Source: Pecten maximus (Eukaryota). Taken from it: a stretch of 64,000 nt of DNA. The notes below the pieces were generated by a model. The model did no database searches and was not told the DNA's origin. It worked only from the letters and a program-made list of their open reading frames with translations. The stretch is taken from contig NC_047033.1 of the NCBI RefSeq assembly GCF_902652985.1, positions 6,076,001-6,140,000 of the forward strand, in the 5' to 3' direction. Shown here in pieces: positions 1 to 18,473 of the stretch (the stretch's first letter is position 1; every line of letters starts with the position of its first letter). The position numbers and the translations under genes are program-made.

Positions 1-190
1 TTTTTACCTGACGAATGTCCATTTCCTTTTTACCTGACGAATGTCCATTTCCGTTTCCCGCTGATGAATGTCCTTTTTCTTTTTACCTGAGGAATGTCCG
101 TTTCCTTTTTTTCCTTGATGAATGTCCATTTCCGTTTCCTCCTGATGAATGTCCATTTTCTTTTTACCTGATGAATGTCCCGTTTCCTCC

Positions 191-221
<31 letters not shown>

Positions 222-270
222 GAATGTCCATTTCCTTGTTCTCTTGATGAAAGTCCATTACCTTTTTTCT
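1..270. repeat. ~28-bp tandem repeat (cctgatgaatgtccatttccgtttcct-like) with poly-C runs
   Basis: Repeated ctgatgaatgtcc cores separated by pyrimidine tracts; the ORFs here are low-complexity artefacts. Confidence 0.85.
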
Positions 271-1524
271 CATGATTAACACCCTTTTTATCTCCCCCCC
301 CCCCCCCCCTCCAATTTCATATTTGCTACATTGTATAACTGACTGTGCCAGATTCATTTTTCTATATTTCCTTCTCCATCGGAATGCTTATCCCCCACGA
401 ATTCTTATTTCGTTCCTCAATTTTGTGTTTTTCTTTGCAATGCCTGCTTTTTTAGTGTAGCACTTTACACGTGGTACTCTCGAGTTTTATCATTTATACA
501 AAGCAATGATTTCTCAAGATATCTTCCATAACGTACAGTAAAACCCCAATTACTGTTGTTTCATGGCTAACTTTCTAATAATGATATGCTTGTATTGTTC
601 AACCAAATTACCGAATCGCAATCAAGCATTATGCTCTGCAAACCTGTGTATCGTAATATTTTCTTTTTGAGCTGGAAAGGACTGTTAAAAGAGTTTATTT
701 TGACATCGCACATGCAATCATGGTCACTTTAGTTTCTATTCAAACTGACCGTGAACGAATGTATTCATATGGCTGATATTTAGGAAGGCTTTTGCAGTTT
801 TTGGCACGTTTTCAATTTTTTGAACTAGCCGACTACTTTGCATGTAGTCTTTATTGTATCAAAATAATTCAATGTTTCAAATTTAAATGTCTTCCTTTTC
901 AATATTACGCTATTGAAATCATTATAAATCGCAATGATTAGCACAGTTATCGTACAACATATTAATTTATTTTTAAGATTATATATGTTGTAAAGATATG
1001 TATGATCGTATTCCATAAACAATTGACAGGGTCCCTTAAAGTTCAAGTTAGTTGGGTTTTACATCTTGCTTTTGTTTGTTAAGATACAACGTATCTTGTA
1101 TCATTCAAGAAATATATCTTAAACATATTTATATCTTATATAATACTAGTATATAAGATATATCAGGATAAGATGAAATGTCAGCCATTTGTTTTAATAA
1201 GAATGAAAAAACCAAAACCAAAAAGAAAAAATAAATCAGTCCTTATCTACAATTTGATCAATCAGGAATAAGTAGAAACAAGTGACTGTTTCAATCAAGA
1301 AACAGTCCTGACCTATTCACATATTTTTTTTAATATAGATCTAGGAAAATGGCTCTGCTCCACATACTTTGTGGACATACAATATTAATCTATTGACCTA
1401 GTTTATTACGTACATGTCTGTAAAATTTCACAACGATATATTGAGATATTATCGTGTATAATGTAGAATGAAGATAGGTCTGATTTTGTTTGTTTCTGGG
1501 TAACAGGAGAATAGTGTTGGGAAG

Positions 1525-1894
1525 ACAAGAGGCCCAGAGGGCCTGTATCGCTCACCTGGTTTCATGAGATATGAAACAAGAATGATGCTTAAGTATATTT
1601 GTCACTCACCAGTATTGCTATGTCAATATAGCATAAGCATTTTATATGGGTACATGAACATTGGTTTTTATTGTAATTCTAAAAATGTCAATTTAGCCAA
1701 ATTGCTCGCTTTAGGCCCCACCCCTTAGCCCCCCGGGGGGGTCAGCCCCACCATTTGTACAATTTTGAATCCCTACCCCAAGGGGATGCTACCAGGCAAA
1801 TATGAGCAATATCCATTGCTAAATTTCAGAGGAGAAGTCATTTATATCAATTAAGCCAAATTCACCCCTTTTGGCCCCCACCCCTAAGACCCCT

Positions 1895-1929
<35 letters not shown>

Positions 1930-2046
1930 CAACCCCACCATTTGTATAATTTTGAGTCTCCACCCCATAGGGATGCTTTTGACCAAATTTGACCAAACAG
2001 ACGGACGGACGGAAGACGGATGCAATGGTATGGCATGAGCTAAAAA
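1525..2046 (-). mobile_element. Non-autonomous Helentron-associated (HINE/DINE-1-like) element
   Basis: One end is acaagaggcccagagggcct (stem-loop) followed by gctcacctg (subterminal IR). The other end has a (gacg)n microsatellite then ...tgagctaaaaa. It is inserted in an A/T run, with two internal diverged repeat units. Confidence 0.75.
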
Positions 2047-2345
2047 TATCAACTGTTGTTTCTTGGTAACAGGAGAATAGCATTGGAAAGAAAATATCAA
2101 CCGTTGTTTCTTGGTAACAGGAGAATAGTATTGGAAAGAAAATATCCACCGTTGTTTCTGGGTAATAGGAGAATAGCATTGGAAAGAAAATATCAACCAT
2201 TGTTTCCCGGGTTACAGGAGAATAGTGTTGGAAAGAAAATATCCACCGTTGTTTCCCGGGTAACAGGATAATAGTGTTGGGCAGAAAATATCCACCGTTG
2301 TTTCTTGGGTTACAGGAGAATAGTATTGGAAAGAAAATATCAACC
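2047..2345. repeat. 48-bp minisatellite (~6 copies, plus a split first copy at 1488-1524)
   Basis: ccgttgtttcttggtaacaggagaatagtattggaaagaaaatatc recurs with 48-bp period (2101, 2149...). Confidence 0.9.
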
Positions 2346-2608
2346 AATCAAAATATCCAGCACAGCTAAATTTCATGACTGATTCACTTCTGATGTTTTT
2401 TCTAACCACCACCAAAGACGTACATTTTAAGATACAAAGTATCATCACGTAATTGGATCAGATGGAGAAATAAGTGAGTGGACATAACAATTCTTATGAC
2501 TTTCAAAAGCCATTGTTTTCTGTTTGTGGGGATAAGGGGCAAGGGATAACAAATTAATGGATATGTTTACATAAGCTTGTCTGACATATCAAAATACAAA
2601 ATATTTCA

Positions 2609-7885
<5,277 letters not shown>

Positions 7886-8317
7886 ACCCTTCTCTTTTAA
7901 CATGCAACTATCAGTATCACAACTTTCATGATCTGTGCAAACGACAGATATATGAAGCAAAACAAGTAAACAGCATTTCGATACGTGTCTGTTAGTGACC
8001 ATGTGGTAGCGAAAGTCCCCGTCAACCAAATTGAAAGTAGAAAATGAAAACCGGAAGTTAGCTTAAAATTCAGTTTCGTAATAAATTGATTATAACAAGA
8101 TTACTTTGATAGTGTTTAGTTATAGCATAAGTAATTTTATATATAATCATATTCTTCATACTGCATTTAAGACTGTCGTTTTGAACGATCATAATATCAC
8201 CTTGTGAAATACGAAACAATCATCCTGGCTGTTACGTCGTTTCCATGGTAGCATGTACACGGATCTGATCCACACGCTACCGTAACCCTACGGTATCCGT
8301 TGTAAAATCCTTACACT
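7886..8317. promoter_or_regulatory. Bidirectional promoter region between METTL21A and the C7orf57-like gene, with ETS motif (ccggaagt 8051-8058) and RFX X-box-like motif (gtttccatggtagc 8239-8252)
   Basis: Divergent ATGs lie only ~430 bp apart; the motifs were read directly. Confidence 0.65.
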
Positions 8318-11300
8318 ATGGCGACAACATCCGCAAAGAAAATAAAAGATGCTGGTAGGTTATCATTAATTCTTGACTGTTTTAATTTACATGATAATTG
8401 TCAATGGAAATATGAGTGAGTGCATATTGTATATCATGTAGCCACAGTCAGCTGACACTGTGACAGTAGTTGGCACTACACTTGCAGCGTTATGTTATTG
8501 TTGCGAACTAAGAACTGATATGATTGTTCTTACCATACTTGTAATGTCTTTGTAAAACTCAGTACATCAGGCTACCATTTACACATGTATATCACAGGTA
8601 CTTCACTTGTGGACATGGTTACATAAGAGACCTATATAGTATATAGGTCTCTGGTTACATGTATGATGTTTTTAATCAAAATGTTACATTTATAGACGAG
8701 TAAATTATTGTATTACAATCTCATCATCATGCTTAATTTGTAAAAAAAGATATACCTATCGCACCCTGGCCTTATAAATTAGTATTGTATGTTTATGTTG
8801 TTACATATGTACAGATGTATGCACGAATACTAACAAAATTATGGAAAATATAAATCTACTGTAGGACAATCAACATGACTGTAGACCGTGTACATATTGT
8901 ACTGCAATTTCAGATAATGTTGTACTCACAGTCACTAGACTCGTCTGTCAATAAATGTATGCTGTACGTGTGGACGGGGATATATAAACGGTACTAGAAA
9001 ATACAATAAGACACAGTAAGAGTAGTATTTTTGGTAGTAGTTGAAACCATGTACCCTTCGGCTGGCATGGGCCGAAGGCGGAGGCTAGCGTGACATATAC
9101 AAAGCTATGTTCTATGATTGAATGCTATGTGACCAACGGCCAAGATTTTTGAAAATATCCTGCTCGTACAAATGCTGAGGTGTTAATAGACGTTTATATA
9201 GTGGCTGTGATATATACAGATGTACACGTACATATATATATATATGAGTCAATTTTTAGCCCACCATCATCAGATGGTGGGCTATTCAAATCGCCCTGCG
9301 TCCGTGGTCCGTCGTCCGTCCCTCCGTCCGTCCGTCCGTCCCTCCGTCCGTCCGTCCGTCCGTCCGTAAACAATTCTTGTTATCGCTAATCCTCCGAAAG
9401 TGCTGAAGGGATCTTTCTCGAATTTCATATGTAAGTTCCCCTTGGTGCCTAGTTATGCATATTGCATTTTGAGACCAATCGGAAAACAACATGGCCGACA
9501 GGCAGCCATCTTGGATTTTGACAATTGAAGTTTGTTATCGCTATTTCTGAGAAAGTACTGAAGGGATCTTTCTCAAATTTCATATGTAGGCTCCCCTTGG
9601 TGCCTAGTTATGCATATTGCATTTTGAGACCAATCGGAAAACAACATGGCCGACAGGCAGCCATCTTGGATTTTGATAATAGAAGTTTGTTATCGCTATT
9701 TTTCAGAAAGTACTGAAGATATCTTTCTCAAATTTCATATGTAGGTTCCACTTGGTGCCTAGTTATGCATATTGCATTTTGAGACCAATCGGAAAACAAC
9801 ATGGCCGACAGGCAGCCATCTTGGATTTTGATAATTGAAGTTTGTTATCGCTATTTCTGAAAAAGTACTGAAGGGATCTTTCTCAGATTTCATATGTAGG
9901 CTCCCCTTGGTACTTAGTTATGCACATTGCATTTTGAGACCAATCGGAAGACAACATGGCCGACAGGCAGCCATCTTGTATTTTGATAATTGAAGTTGCT
10001 ATTTCTGAGAAAGTACTGAAGGGATCTTTCTCAGATTTCATATGTAGGCTCCCCTTGGTACTTAGTTATGCATATTGCATTTTGAGACCAATCGGAAGAC
10101 AACATGGCCGACAGGCAGCCATCTTGGATTTTGATAATTCAAGTTTGTTATCGCTATTTCTGAGAAAGTACTGAAGGGATCTTTCTCAAATTTCATATGT
10201 AGGCTCCCCTTGGTGCCTAGTTATGCATATTGCATTTTGAGACCAATCGGAAAACAACATGGCCGACAGGCAGCCATCTTGGATTTTGATAATTGAAGTT
10301 TGTTATCGCTATTTCTGAGAAAGTACTGAAGGGATCTTTCTCAAATTTCATATGTAGGCTCCCCTTGGTGCCTAGTTATGCATATTGCATTTTGAGACCA
10401 ATCAGAAAACAACATGGCCGACAGGCAGCCATCTTGGATTGTGATAATAGAAGTTTGTTATCGCTATTTTTCAGAAAGTACTGAAGGGATCTTTCTCAAA
10501 TTTCATATGTAGGTTCCACTTGGTGCCTAGTTATGCATATTGCATTTTGAGACCAATCGGAAAACAACATGGCCGACAGGCAGCCATCTTGGATTTTGAT
10601 AATTGAAGTTTGTTATCGCTATTTCTGAAAAAGTACTGAAGGGATCTTTCTCAGATTTCATATGTAGGCTCCCCTTGGTACTTTGTTATGCATATTGCAT
10701 TTTGAGACCAATCGGAAGACAACATGGCCGACAGGCAGCCATCTTGTATTTTGATAATTGAAGTTTGTTATTGCTATTTCTGAGAAAGTACTGAAGGGAT
10801 CTTTCTCAGATTTCATATGTAGGCTCCCCTTGGTACTTAGTTATGCATATTGCATTTTGAGACCAATCGGAAGACAACATGGCCGACAGGCAGCCATCTT
10901 GGATTTTGATAATTCAAGTTTGTTATCGCTATTTCTGAGAAAGTACTGAAGGGATCTTTCTCAAATTTTATATGTAGGCTCCCCTTGGTGCCTAGTTATG
11001 CATATTGCATTTTGAGACCAATCGGAAGACAACATGGCCGACAGGCAGCCATCTTGGATTTTGACAATTTAAGATTGTTATCGCTATTTCTGAGAAAGTA
11101 CTGAAGAGATCTTTCTCAAATTTCATATGTAGGTTCCCCTTGGTGCCTAGTTATGCATATTGCATTTTGAGACCAATCGGAAAACAACATGGCCGACAGG
11201 CAGCCATCTTGGATTTTGACAATTGAAGTTTGTTATCGCTATTTCTCAGAAATTGCTGAAGGGATCTTTCTGAAATTTCATTTGTAGGTTGCCCTCTGTG

Positions 11301-14300
11301 CCTAGTTATGCATATTGCATTTTGAGACCAGTCAGAAAACAACCTGCCTGACAGGCAGCCATCTTGTATTTTGACAATTGAAGTTTGTTATCGCTATTTT
11401 ACAGAAGGTACTGAAGGGATCTTTCTGAAAATTTCATATGTAGGTTCCCCTTGGTCCCTGGTGTTGCATTTTGGGACCAATCCGAAAACAACAGACAGCC
11501 ATTATCGCCAAATCTTAAATTTTATATATAGGTTACCCTTGTTTGAAAAGTCCTAGAGGGCTGTTTCTGAATTTACACAGATTAGTAAGACTTAGAGGAA
11601 GGGAAAAGTAGAGAAAAGATCAATCTGACATGGAACCTATAAAGATCATTCAATGGTGGGCGCCAAGATCCCTCTGGGATCTCTTGTTTATGAAGGTTTC
11701 ATCGAAATATCAGATAAACTTATACATTATGAATCCATTTACTCTTGTTTGTTTAAAAAGTCATACTCCTTGTGATAACATTGGCATATCTGTCAAAAGT
11801 TTCTCTGACATGTAATATGTACACATAAAATGTTTGAACAGCTGACTGGGTGTGATATACATGTATATATATATATATATACATGTACCAATGTAGTATG
11901 GTAAAGTGAAGCCCATGGTAAAGTGAATCCCCCATGGTAAAGTGGAGCATTTCGCTATTTTCTTACTAATTCACTTTTTTTCACCAAATATTTTTCAAAT
12001 AACCTTGTTTTATTCCTCTGAACACATTAACACAATAAAAATGTCTGGGGGTCAGGAAAGTTTGGGTGGGGTGTGGCTCTTCACTTTGCTATGGGGGGGT
12101 TCATTTCGCCATAATGGTGAAATGAACCGCGGTTCACTTTACCATTATGGTATTTTGACCCAGGTTCATTTTACCAGGCTTCAAAATACCATGCCACACC
12201 GGTATATATATAGAGGTTACACAACGAGTGGTTGTTGGATATGGAATTTATTTCACACGAGTAAGTTATTTTTTAAAAGTTACAAAAGACACAAGCTTTA
12301 GCGAGTGTTTTTTGCAACTTTTAAAAAATAACTTACTCGTGTGAAATAAATTCCATATCCAACAATTTCGAGTCGTGTGACCTGTTTCTACCACAATAAT
12401 ATCGGCTTGAATCAAAGGGAAACGTGGCCAAGTATTATTTCGCGTATGCAAATAAAGTGTACCGGTGACGTCCGTAACCCGGTGATGTGACGTCATTAGA
12501 TTATTGATGACGTCAATAACAATTGCAGCTTGGGTCAAAGTTCACTGTGTAAGCCAATCGAAATGCGCACAGAGTTTATACCACGTGTGGTATAAACAGA
12601 TTGTTAATCAACAGCTGTAATGATTAACTGATGGTCTGAGAGTTGAATAACACAGGGTATATTGTGGTAGAAATATATATATACCTTTCATCCTGAGGAA
12701 CTTTTTTTTGTAGAAATGTAGAAATGTATATAATATTATATGTATTATATATACAGTTTCCAGTCTATAATAACTTTGTTGTAGGTTGGTTTTACCATGC
12801 CCCGGCTAGGAGGAAGAATGTTGAGCCAGTTCTGGTGCCGCCTACCTCCCAGATTCCAGGACTCAATGATCCTCTGGAGGGTGAACTGATGGGGGACCCA
12901 GTGAGGCCTCTGTACCGTGACACGGACACAAAATATATACGACTTGCCAAACAGGGTGGCAGGCAAAGTAAGTGCACTAATTAATGTATTTGTAAAATTG
13001 GAAAGTATGACTAAGGTCACCTTTCTAGTTCAGACTAACAAGAATTTCCCTTCAGCCTCAGTGGTAATAGGATGCCTGCTTGGAGAGTGAGAATTCTATT
13101 GCTATAGTTTGAGCTAGCACTTGTGCCGTATTAAGTATGGGTTGGGTATCGAGTTGCTTTTGCCCTGATAATATTGCCCAGAAACTTTTGAATACTGGTA
13201 CCAATTGAATTATTGATTGACTTCAGTATTATTAACAATTATCTATTTTTTTGTCAGATTTACTTCAGTTCAAAGAGAATCCAAAAATGTCAGAGAAGCC
13301 TTGTGTGGGATACCCAAGATCAGAATGGTTTTATCTGGAAGACAATGCTATAGAGGATGCTGCCACAGAACCAGATATGAGGTAAGTAGGGAGACTTGTG
13401 GGCAATTAAGCTTTTCTACAGCATTTTTTAGACTATTTTTAATTTGAAAATTACTGTTTTTTGTTGTATTTCAGTATTATATTTAGAAATATCTCTGCTG
13501 TCAATTTTTTTACTGATCTCAATGAGTCTTGGTAAACTAATTTGTTGTGATTTCCAGAGCAACATTAAGATTTGACTAATTTTAAGAGTTATTGCCCCTT
13601 TTTTCCCCCTCCTTTTTTCATTATCTATTCTTGTTTGCTGATCTTTTTCCTTTCAACCATGCATTTTATATATCATGTATATATCTCATGATATGTAGCC
13701 CTTGATGCTTTTTAATATCAGAAGCATTTTTAATTGATTTAACTCTCGATCCTATTCCATTTCCTTAAATCCTAGAAAGATCGAAAGAGCCAGTACGTGT
13801 CTGTTTGTTTGACTTTTATAAGGTGGGAAGTGTGATTAACTCAAGTTTCTCGCGCTGACACCAGACTTGCATCCACATTCTTACAGACATCCAATTGTGG
13901 GAATGTCCAAGTCTGGTGTCAGCGCCAGAGGAAACTCAGACTAGAAGGTGATTGATCACAACAAGCTGGGATATGGTACATTAGGTTTGGAGTGGACAGT
14001 AATATCTCACTCAATATCTTAAAAACCTACATTCCAAGCTGGCTTGTTGTGATTTATGCATCACCATCAATCTTTTTTCCTTAAAAATGTATATACATTT
14101 TAATAGAATGTTATACCAGAGACATATATAGATCTATATATGTCTCTGGTTATACATATATGTACATTGTATGTCACTTTGCATAGGACAAGTGTCTATC
14201 ATGGGTTTTGTTTTTTTTGTTTTTTGTTTTGCCAAAAACGAAAGTTTGAAAGATCAAAGGTTCATTGTATGATGGATTTTGATTGTTACAAATGTACTTA

Positions 14301-17282
14301 CAATGTGATTGTTAAGCTATAAGTCAGACTGGGAGAAAGATAAGGTTAAATAATGTTTGTAATACATGGATTAGTGATCAGTTGTACAAGTGCATGATGA
14401 TCATAAATCAGGTTTTATACTTGTTTTGCAGTAAATATGAGTTCCGGGTCCCAGAATATATGGCCCATGATGTTCACCAAGCCTCAAGAGATGAAAACTA
14501 CCTAAAGGCAGGGCGCACTCCATACGCATATGACAAGCTGTCTGCATACGACAGAGAGGGCAAAAGCTTGAAGGATAAGACCATTAAACTACCAGAGGTC
14601 AAGAGGTCAGGGTATGGGGTGAGGATTGCCAAACCTCCCAGAGTAAAATCCCATCCCCAAGAACGCACAAAGCCTTCAGATGTCGCCAAAATATCACAGC
14701 TGGAGCGAGAAAGACCACATCTGAAATATCTACCTTTGTACGTTTTTGTTACATAATTTTAAGTACTAATTACTGGATTTATCCACAAATAAGCCACTGA
14801 ACACAAAAAAGCCTCACTTCATTTTCTGCAGTATTTATATGTTAGGCTAAAAAAGGTTCATAAGTATTAAGCTACCCCAAACTTGAATATAAAACTTTTA
14901 CACTTAAGAGGAGGTAAAGCGAGGGTCTATACGGATGGAATAACACACCTAGGTGGGACTTAATTGGTGTTCTTGGGTAAATAAATATCTCATTTATCCA
15001 TATATGTAAGGTAGGTGTTTTGTCACTCCCGATTTTATTGTATTAACACCAGATTCTTAGCGACATCAAACAGTGTCGGATAATTCCCCGTTTTATATCG
15101 TAGTGCGCTCTGGCCCTACACCAGATATGGTGTCAGGGCCAGAGGAAACTCAGGCTAAAGAGGAGGTGGCTTATGTGAGGATAAATATAGTAAAATCTTT
15201 GTAAGTTTTTTTTAATTTTCATTTCAAACTATCATACTTATGAAATTATATTTAAGCAGAGACATATATACGTCTCTGGTTTAAGTGCAATGAACTTCAA
15301 TAAATTTTTTTGAAAACTTATAAAATTTGAAAAGTATCAGAAGTTCTTTACAAATCCAAAATAAAGTCTGTAATTATATAAACATGTACCATATTAATTT
15401 TTCTACAATTCGGCTATCATAACTTAGGTAATGCATTTGTTTATATCAGATATGAGGAAGATTAATTGATGAAAGTTGCCCGTTATCTTATACTTTGTAT
15501 CATTCAATGATGCAATAAAATTTGTTGAATTAAAGTCGTAATTATTATTTGTTGGTTATAAATTTATCATGATCACTAATTTTTTTTCTCTTTTATTCAT
15601 TCTTTAAGACCAGAAGAAGAGAAGGACAAGGCGAAGATGTCCAAACTGTTGTCATTTGCATATGACAAAGAATGGCAAGACCGAATCAACAGGTGGCAGA
15701 CACAGCAGGACAAAGTCCGAGACAAACACCGCGCTATGGTGGCTGCTGACACCCAACTCGACAAGGAACCAATTAACACAGAATACAGAACAACCATCGG
15801 CAAACAACTCGGCAGTTCCTATAGACGATCCGAGTATGTGTGCTAGGCAATAATTTTAATTTTGATAAATTGCCAAATTCGATAAACTGGACCAAAACTT
15901 TGCACTCGAGATTGCCAAATTTACCAATTTGATTTGTAGAAGTTGACCATATCATATGTCAAGTTACCTTTGTTATCTAAATTAAAATTAAGACCATGAA
16001 TTGAATTTTCAGATATTTATTTGAGTATAATATATATCTTGTATATTTCAGGAAAGGAAAGAAACAAGGTGAACAGTACTATTCAACACAATCAAATCCA
16101 GAGCAACAAATCTGTGATGCTGGTACAAAGGAAATGTCCAAGAAGGAAAAAGAATTGTTTAAATTGACCAGGTGAAAAGTTACTCCTATGTTTCTTTTTG
16201 TTCTGTCCTTAGACTGTATTGTTATATAAAACTCTATTATAGTTACTAGCACATGTGTATATATATGTGTCATACATATTTTTTTGTGATGTGTTAGATA
16301 AATCTTTTCATACTTTCTTCTAAATAACTCTTAGTTGATTGAATTCTAAAATATAAATCTTTAAAAAATTTTCCAGAAATAATTTCAAAATTTAGATGCA
16401 GCATAGCTGAGATTATAAGCACTTCCAACATATACACGTATAAGCATATGATGAAAGTAAATGAAAAAAAAATCCAAAGTTATATATACATTTGTACATT
16501 ATAAAATGTAAATGCTCATAATGTAAAGCCAAGGAGAGAGGAAACATCCTTTTTAAATGCAATACAATGTGAATTATTTGGGAAAAGGTCTGAATCGCAG
16601 TTTGATTTATTCAGGATTTTATTGTCATTGAAAAAGTGTTTAACATCTCATGTTTGTGAAAATATTCGTCCTAAATGAAATCCAGGTCAAGTAACAATGT
16701 TAACAATATCAATTAAAAAAAAGTGAAAAATAGTAAAATGGAAAAAAGCAAATAGGTTAATTATGCTTATCAAAATGAAAATAATATATGTGGCCTACTG
16801 TGGGTTAGAAATTTGTGCCAAGTCAATGTGGTCCAACCTGTGATATTTACCAGGGATTTAATTCTGATTGACTGTAACAAATTCTAAATTATATGACACT
16901 ATTTTTTATCAAAAAATAATTTTCTGTTATTAAAAAGAATTATCTGATATTTAAGCATTTATTGTATCATCAAATATAGTTATGATGTGAAAGACAATTA
17001 TTTCATTGTGAAAAACAGATAAATGAATCAGAGATAAGCTCTCACAACTGACTTACCAGATCTTCAGGAATCATTTAATCAAACATACATACATTTTTAC
17101 CTTGGTGGAGTCTCAGAAGATTATGCTAAGTTGCAAAGTTGAACAATATTTCACTTGTTTTATTAGACAAAGGCATCTGTATTAATACGTTTTCTTTTCT
17201 TTCTTCCAGATTTAAGAACATCCCTTCTAAGGTTGACTCTCATAATGCTGTGAAGGACGTCCCTGTAGTCACCGCTCATTGA
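8318..17282 (+). CDS. C7orf57: C7orf57-like protein. Exons 8318-8354, 12785-12967, 13258-13381, 14432-14737, 15609-15833, 16052-16171, 17210-17282
   Basis: Seven exons join in frame with GT-AG sites. WFYHAP...PPTSQIPGL...DTDTKYIRLAKQGGRQNLL...Y...EWF and MSKLLSFAY match my recollection of human C7orf57 (WYYH...PPASQIPGL...ETDSEYVKLAKQGGRPDLL). The protein ends LFKLTRFKNIPSKVDSH...VTAH*. Confidence 0.88.
8625..8653. mobile_element. 29-bp palindrome with 7-bp TSD gttacat (candidate P-superfamily footprint)
   Basis: gttacat|aagagacctatatagtatataggtctctg|gttacat. Confidence 0.65.
9253..11689 (+). mobile_element. HINE/Helentron-associated element carrying a 155-bp tandem array (~13.5 copies, ~9380-11480)
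   Basis: 5' tttttagcccaccatcatcagatggtgggcta (subTIR + IR), then (gtcc)n microsatellite, the central array with 155-bp period (9481, 9636, 9791), and 3' ggtgggcg + aagatccc-tct-gggatct stem-loop + T run. Confidence 0.85.
11889..12202. mobile_element. MITE-like element with inverted subterminal atggtaaagtgaa repeats, in a TA-rich site
   Basis: atggtaaagtgaa-like motif x3 on the left, ttcactttaccat/ttcattttacca on the right; ends ccacaccgg|tata. Confidence 0.6.
12211..12672. mobile_element. Non-autonomous element with a long internal palindrome (possibly Crypton-related)
   Basis: Arms ~12232-12290 and 12305-12365 are inverted repeats. They are followed by a tttctaccac...gtggtagaaa IR enclosing TGACGTCA and CCAAT. 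Confidence 0.6.
13838..13944. mobile_element. Short palindromic MITE (related copies ~15105-15157 and ~18649-18745)
   Basis: gcgctgacaccagactt...aagtctggtgtcagcgccagaggaaactcagactag; related arms are seen at two further sites. Confidence 0.65.
14117..14148. mobile_element. 32-bp perfect palindrome with 7-bp TSD gttatac (candidate P-superfamily footprint)
   Basis: gttatac|cagagacatatatagatctatatatgtctctg|gttatac. Confidence 0.7.
15257..15278. mobile_element. 22-bp palindrome with near-perfect 7-bp TSD (candidate P-superfamily footprint)
   Basis: atttaag|cagagacatatatacgtctctg|gtttaag. Confidence 0.6.
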
Positions 17283-18429
17283 TTTAACATGTATTTTTGA
17301 AACAATTTATCCCTTGAAATTAAAACATATTAAGTTATCTGACAATGACAAAACACTTTAAAGTGATATAAAAAGGTAAAGTGATATAAGAAAGAATTCA
17401 TTATCATTGTCAAATATTTCAAAACTTTTAACTTCCGATTTGTGATTCAAAACATAAATTCTGATGAAATATTAACAAGTGCAATATAGATGAGATTCTG
17501 TCTTGTCTCATTTGTAAGCCAAGTGATAAAATTAATATATTTGTACTTCATTTCTCTTAAAACTTTCTTCTTAGTTCATAATTTCATGTATTGGTTTAAG
17601 CCAAAAATACTGTATGTGTGACATTAAGCATGGACATACCATGTGTAGCATGTTTGCACTACATGTAAGCAAGGATTTCATGTCTTTTATTTCAATTTCC
17701 TTAAATTTACTTAATATTCTAAAAAAAGTGCTGATGCATTGTATATTTTCATAGTTTTTACTAAAGATAGTACCTCGTAATTCTTTGTTTGTTAGTCATA
17801 TTCAAATATTTTTGATTTATATCTATTTTGACACATTTAGAATTTGATTTTTGCTAAATAGATGTATAAATTATTCAACATTTAAAAATGAATTTTCAAA
17901 GAATTTGCTGATAAATGTGTATTTTTATTCAAAATATGTATTTTAGTACCAGCTTTCAAGCCATTTGTCATTTATATGCTCTCTTTTGTTTTGGTATCTC
18001 TTTTTTTATGTCATTGTTTTGTTGTTCATTTCTACCCTTGTACATATAACTAAAGCCATTATCCTGAAATAGAGACATATGTTGTTGAAATGTAGAATAT
18101 TTTAAGAGACCATTGGCAGATTTAGAGTCCATCAAAGATTTACACTGAATTCTACACATGCATAAATGCATGTAAAATGAATTCCTTGCAAAGGGAAATA
18201 TTGAAAACAGCAAAATTCCAAGGCCTTTTTTTCTGCCATTGGTTTCTACTGCACGGAAAATCCTATGGAGCCAGAAAGGCCTTGTGGGAAAGTCTTTAAT
18301 TATGCATAAAAGTTTTATGCATGAAGCTTTCAATTTCTACCATATCATTGTTATGAAATATTTATAAATTAATAATTTATGTGTTTCATTATCGTAATCA
18401 ATGAATAATACCAAAATCTCTTTACTCAG

Positions 18430-18473
<44 letters not shown>

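Noticed and set aside
1-270. Repeated CTGATGA cores suggesting hammerhead ribozymes
   Set aside because: No stem II followed by GAAA and no stem I/III pairing is visible.
9525-11556. Repeated 63-aa ORFs (MKFVIAISEK...)
   Set aside because: These are translations of the 155-bp non-coding array inside the HINE element.
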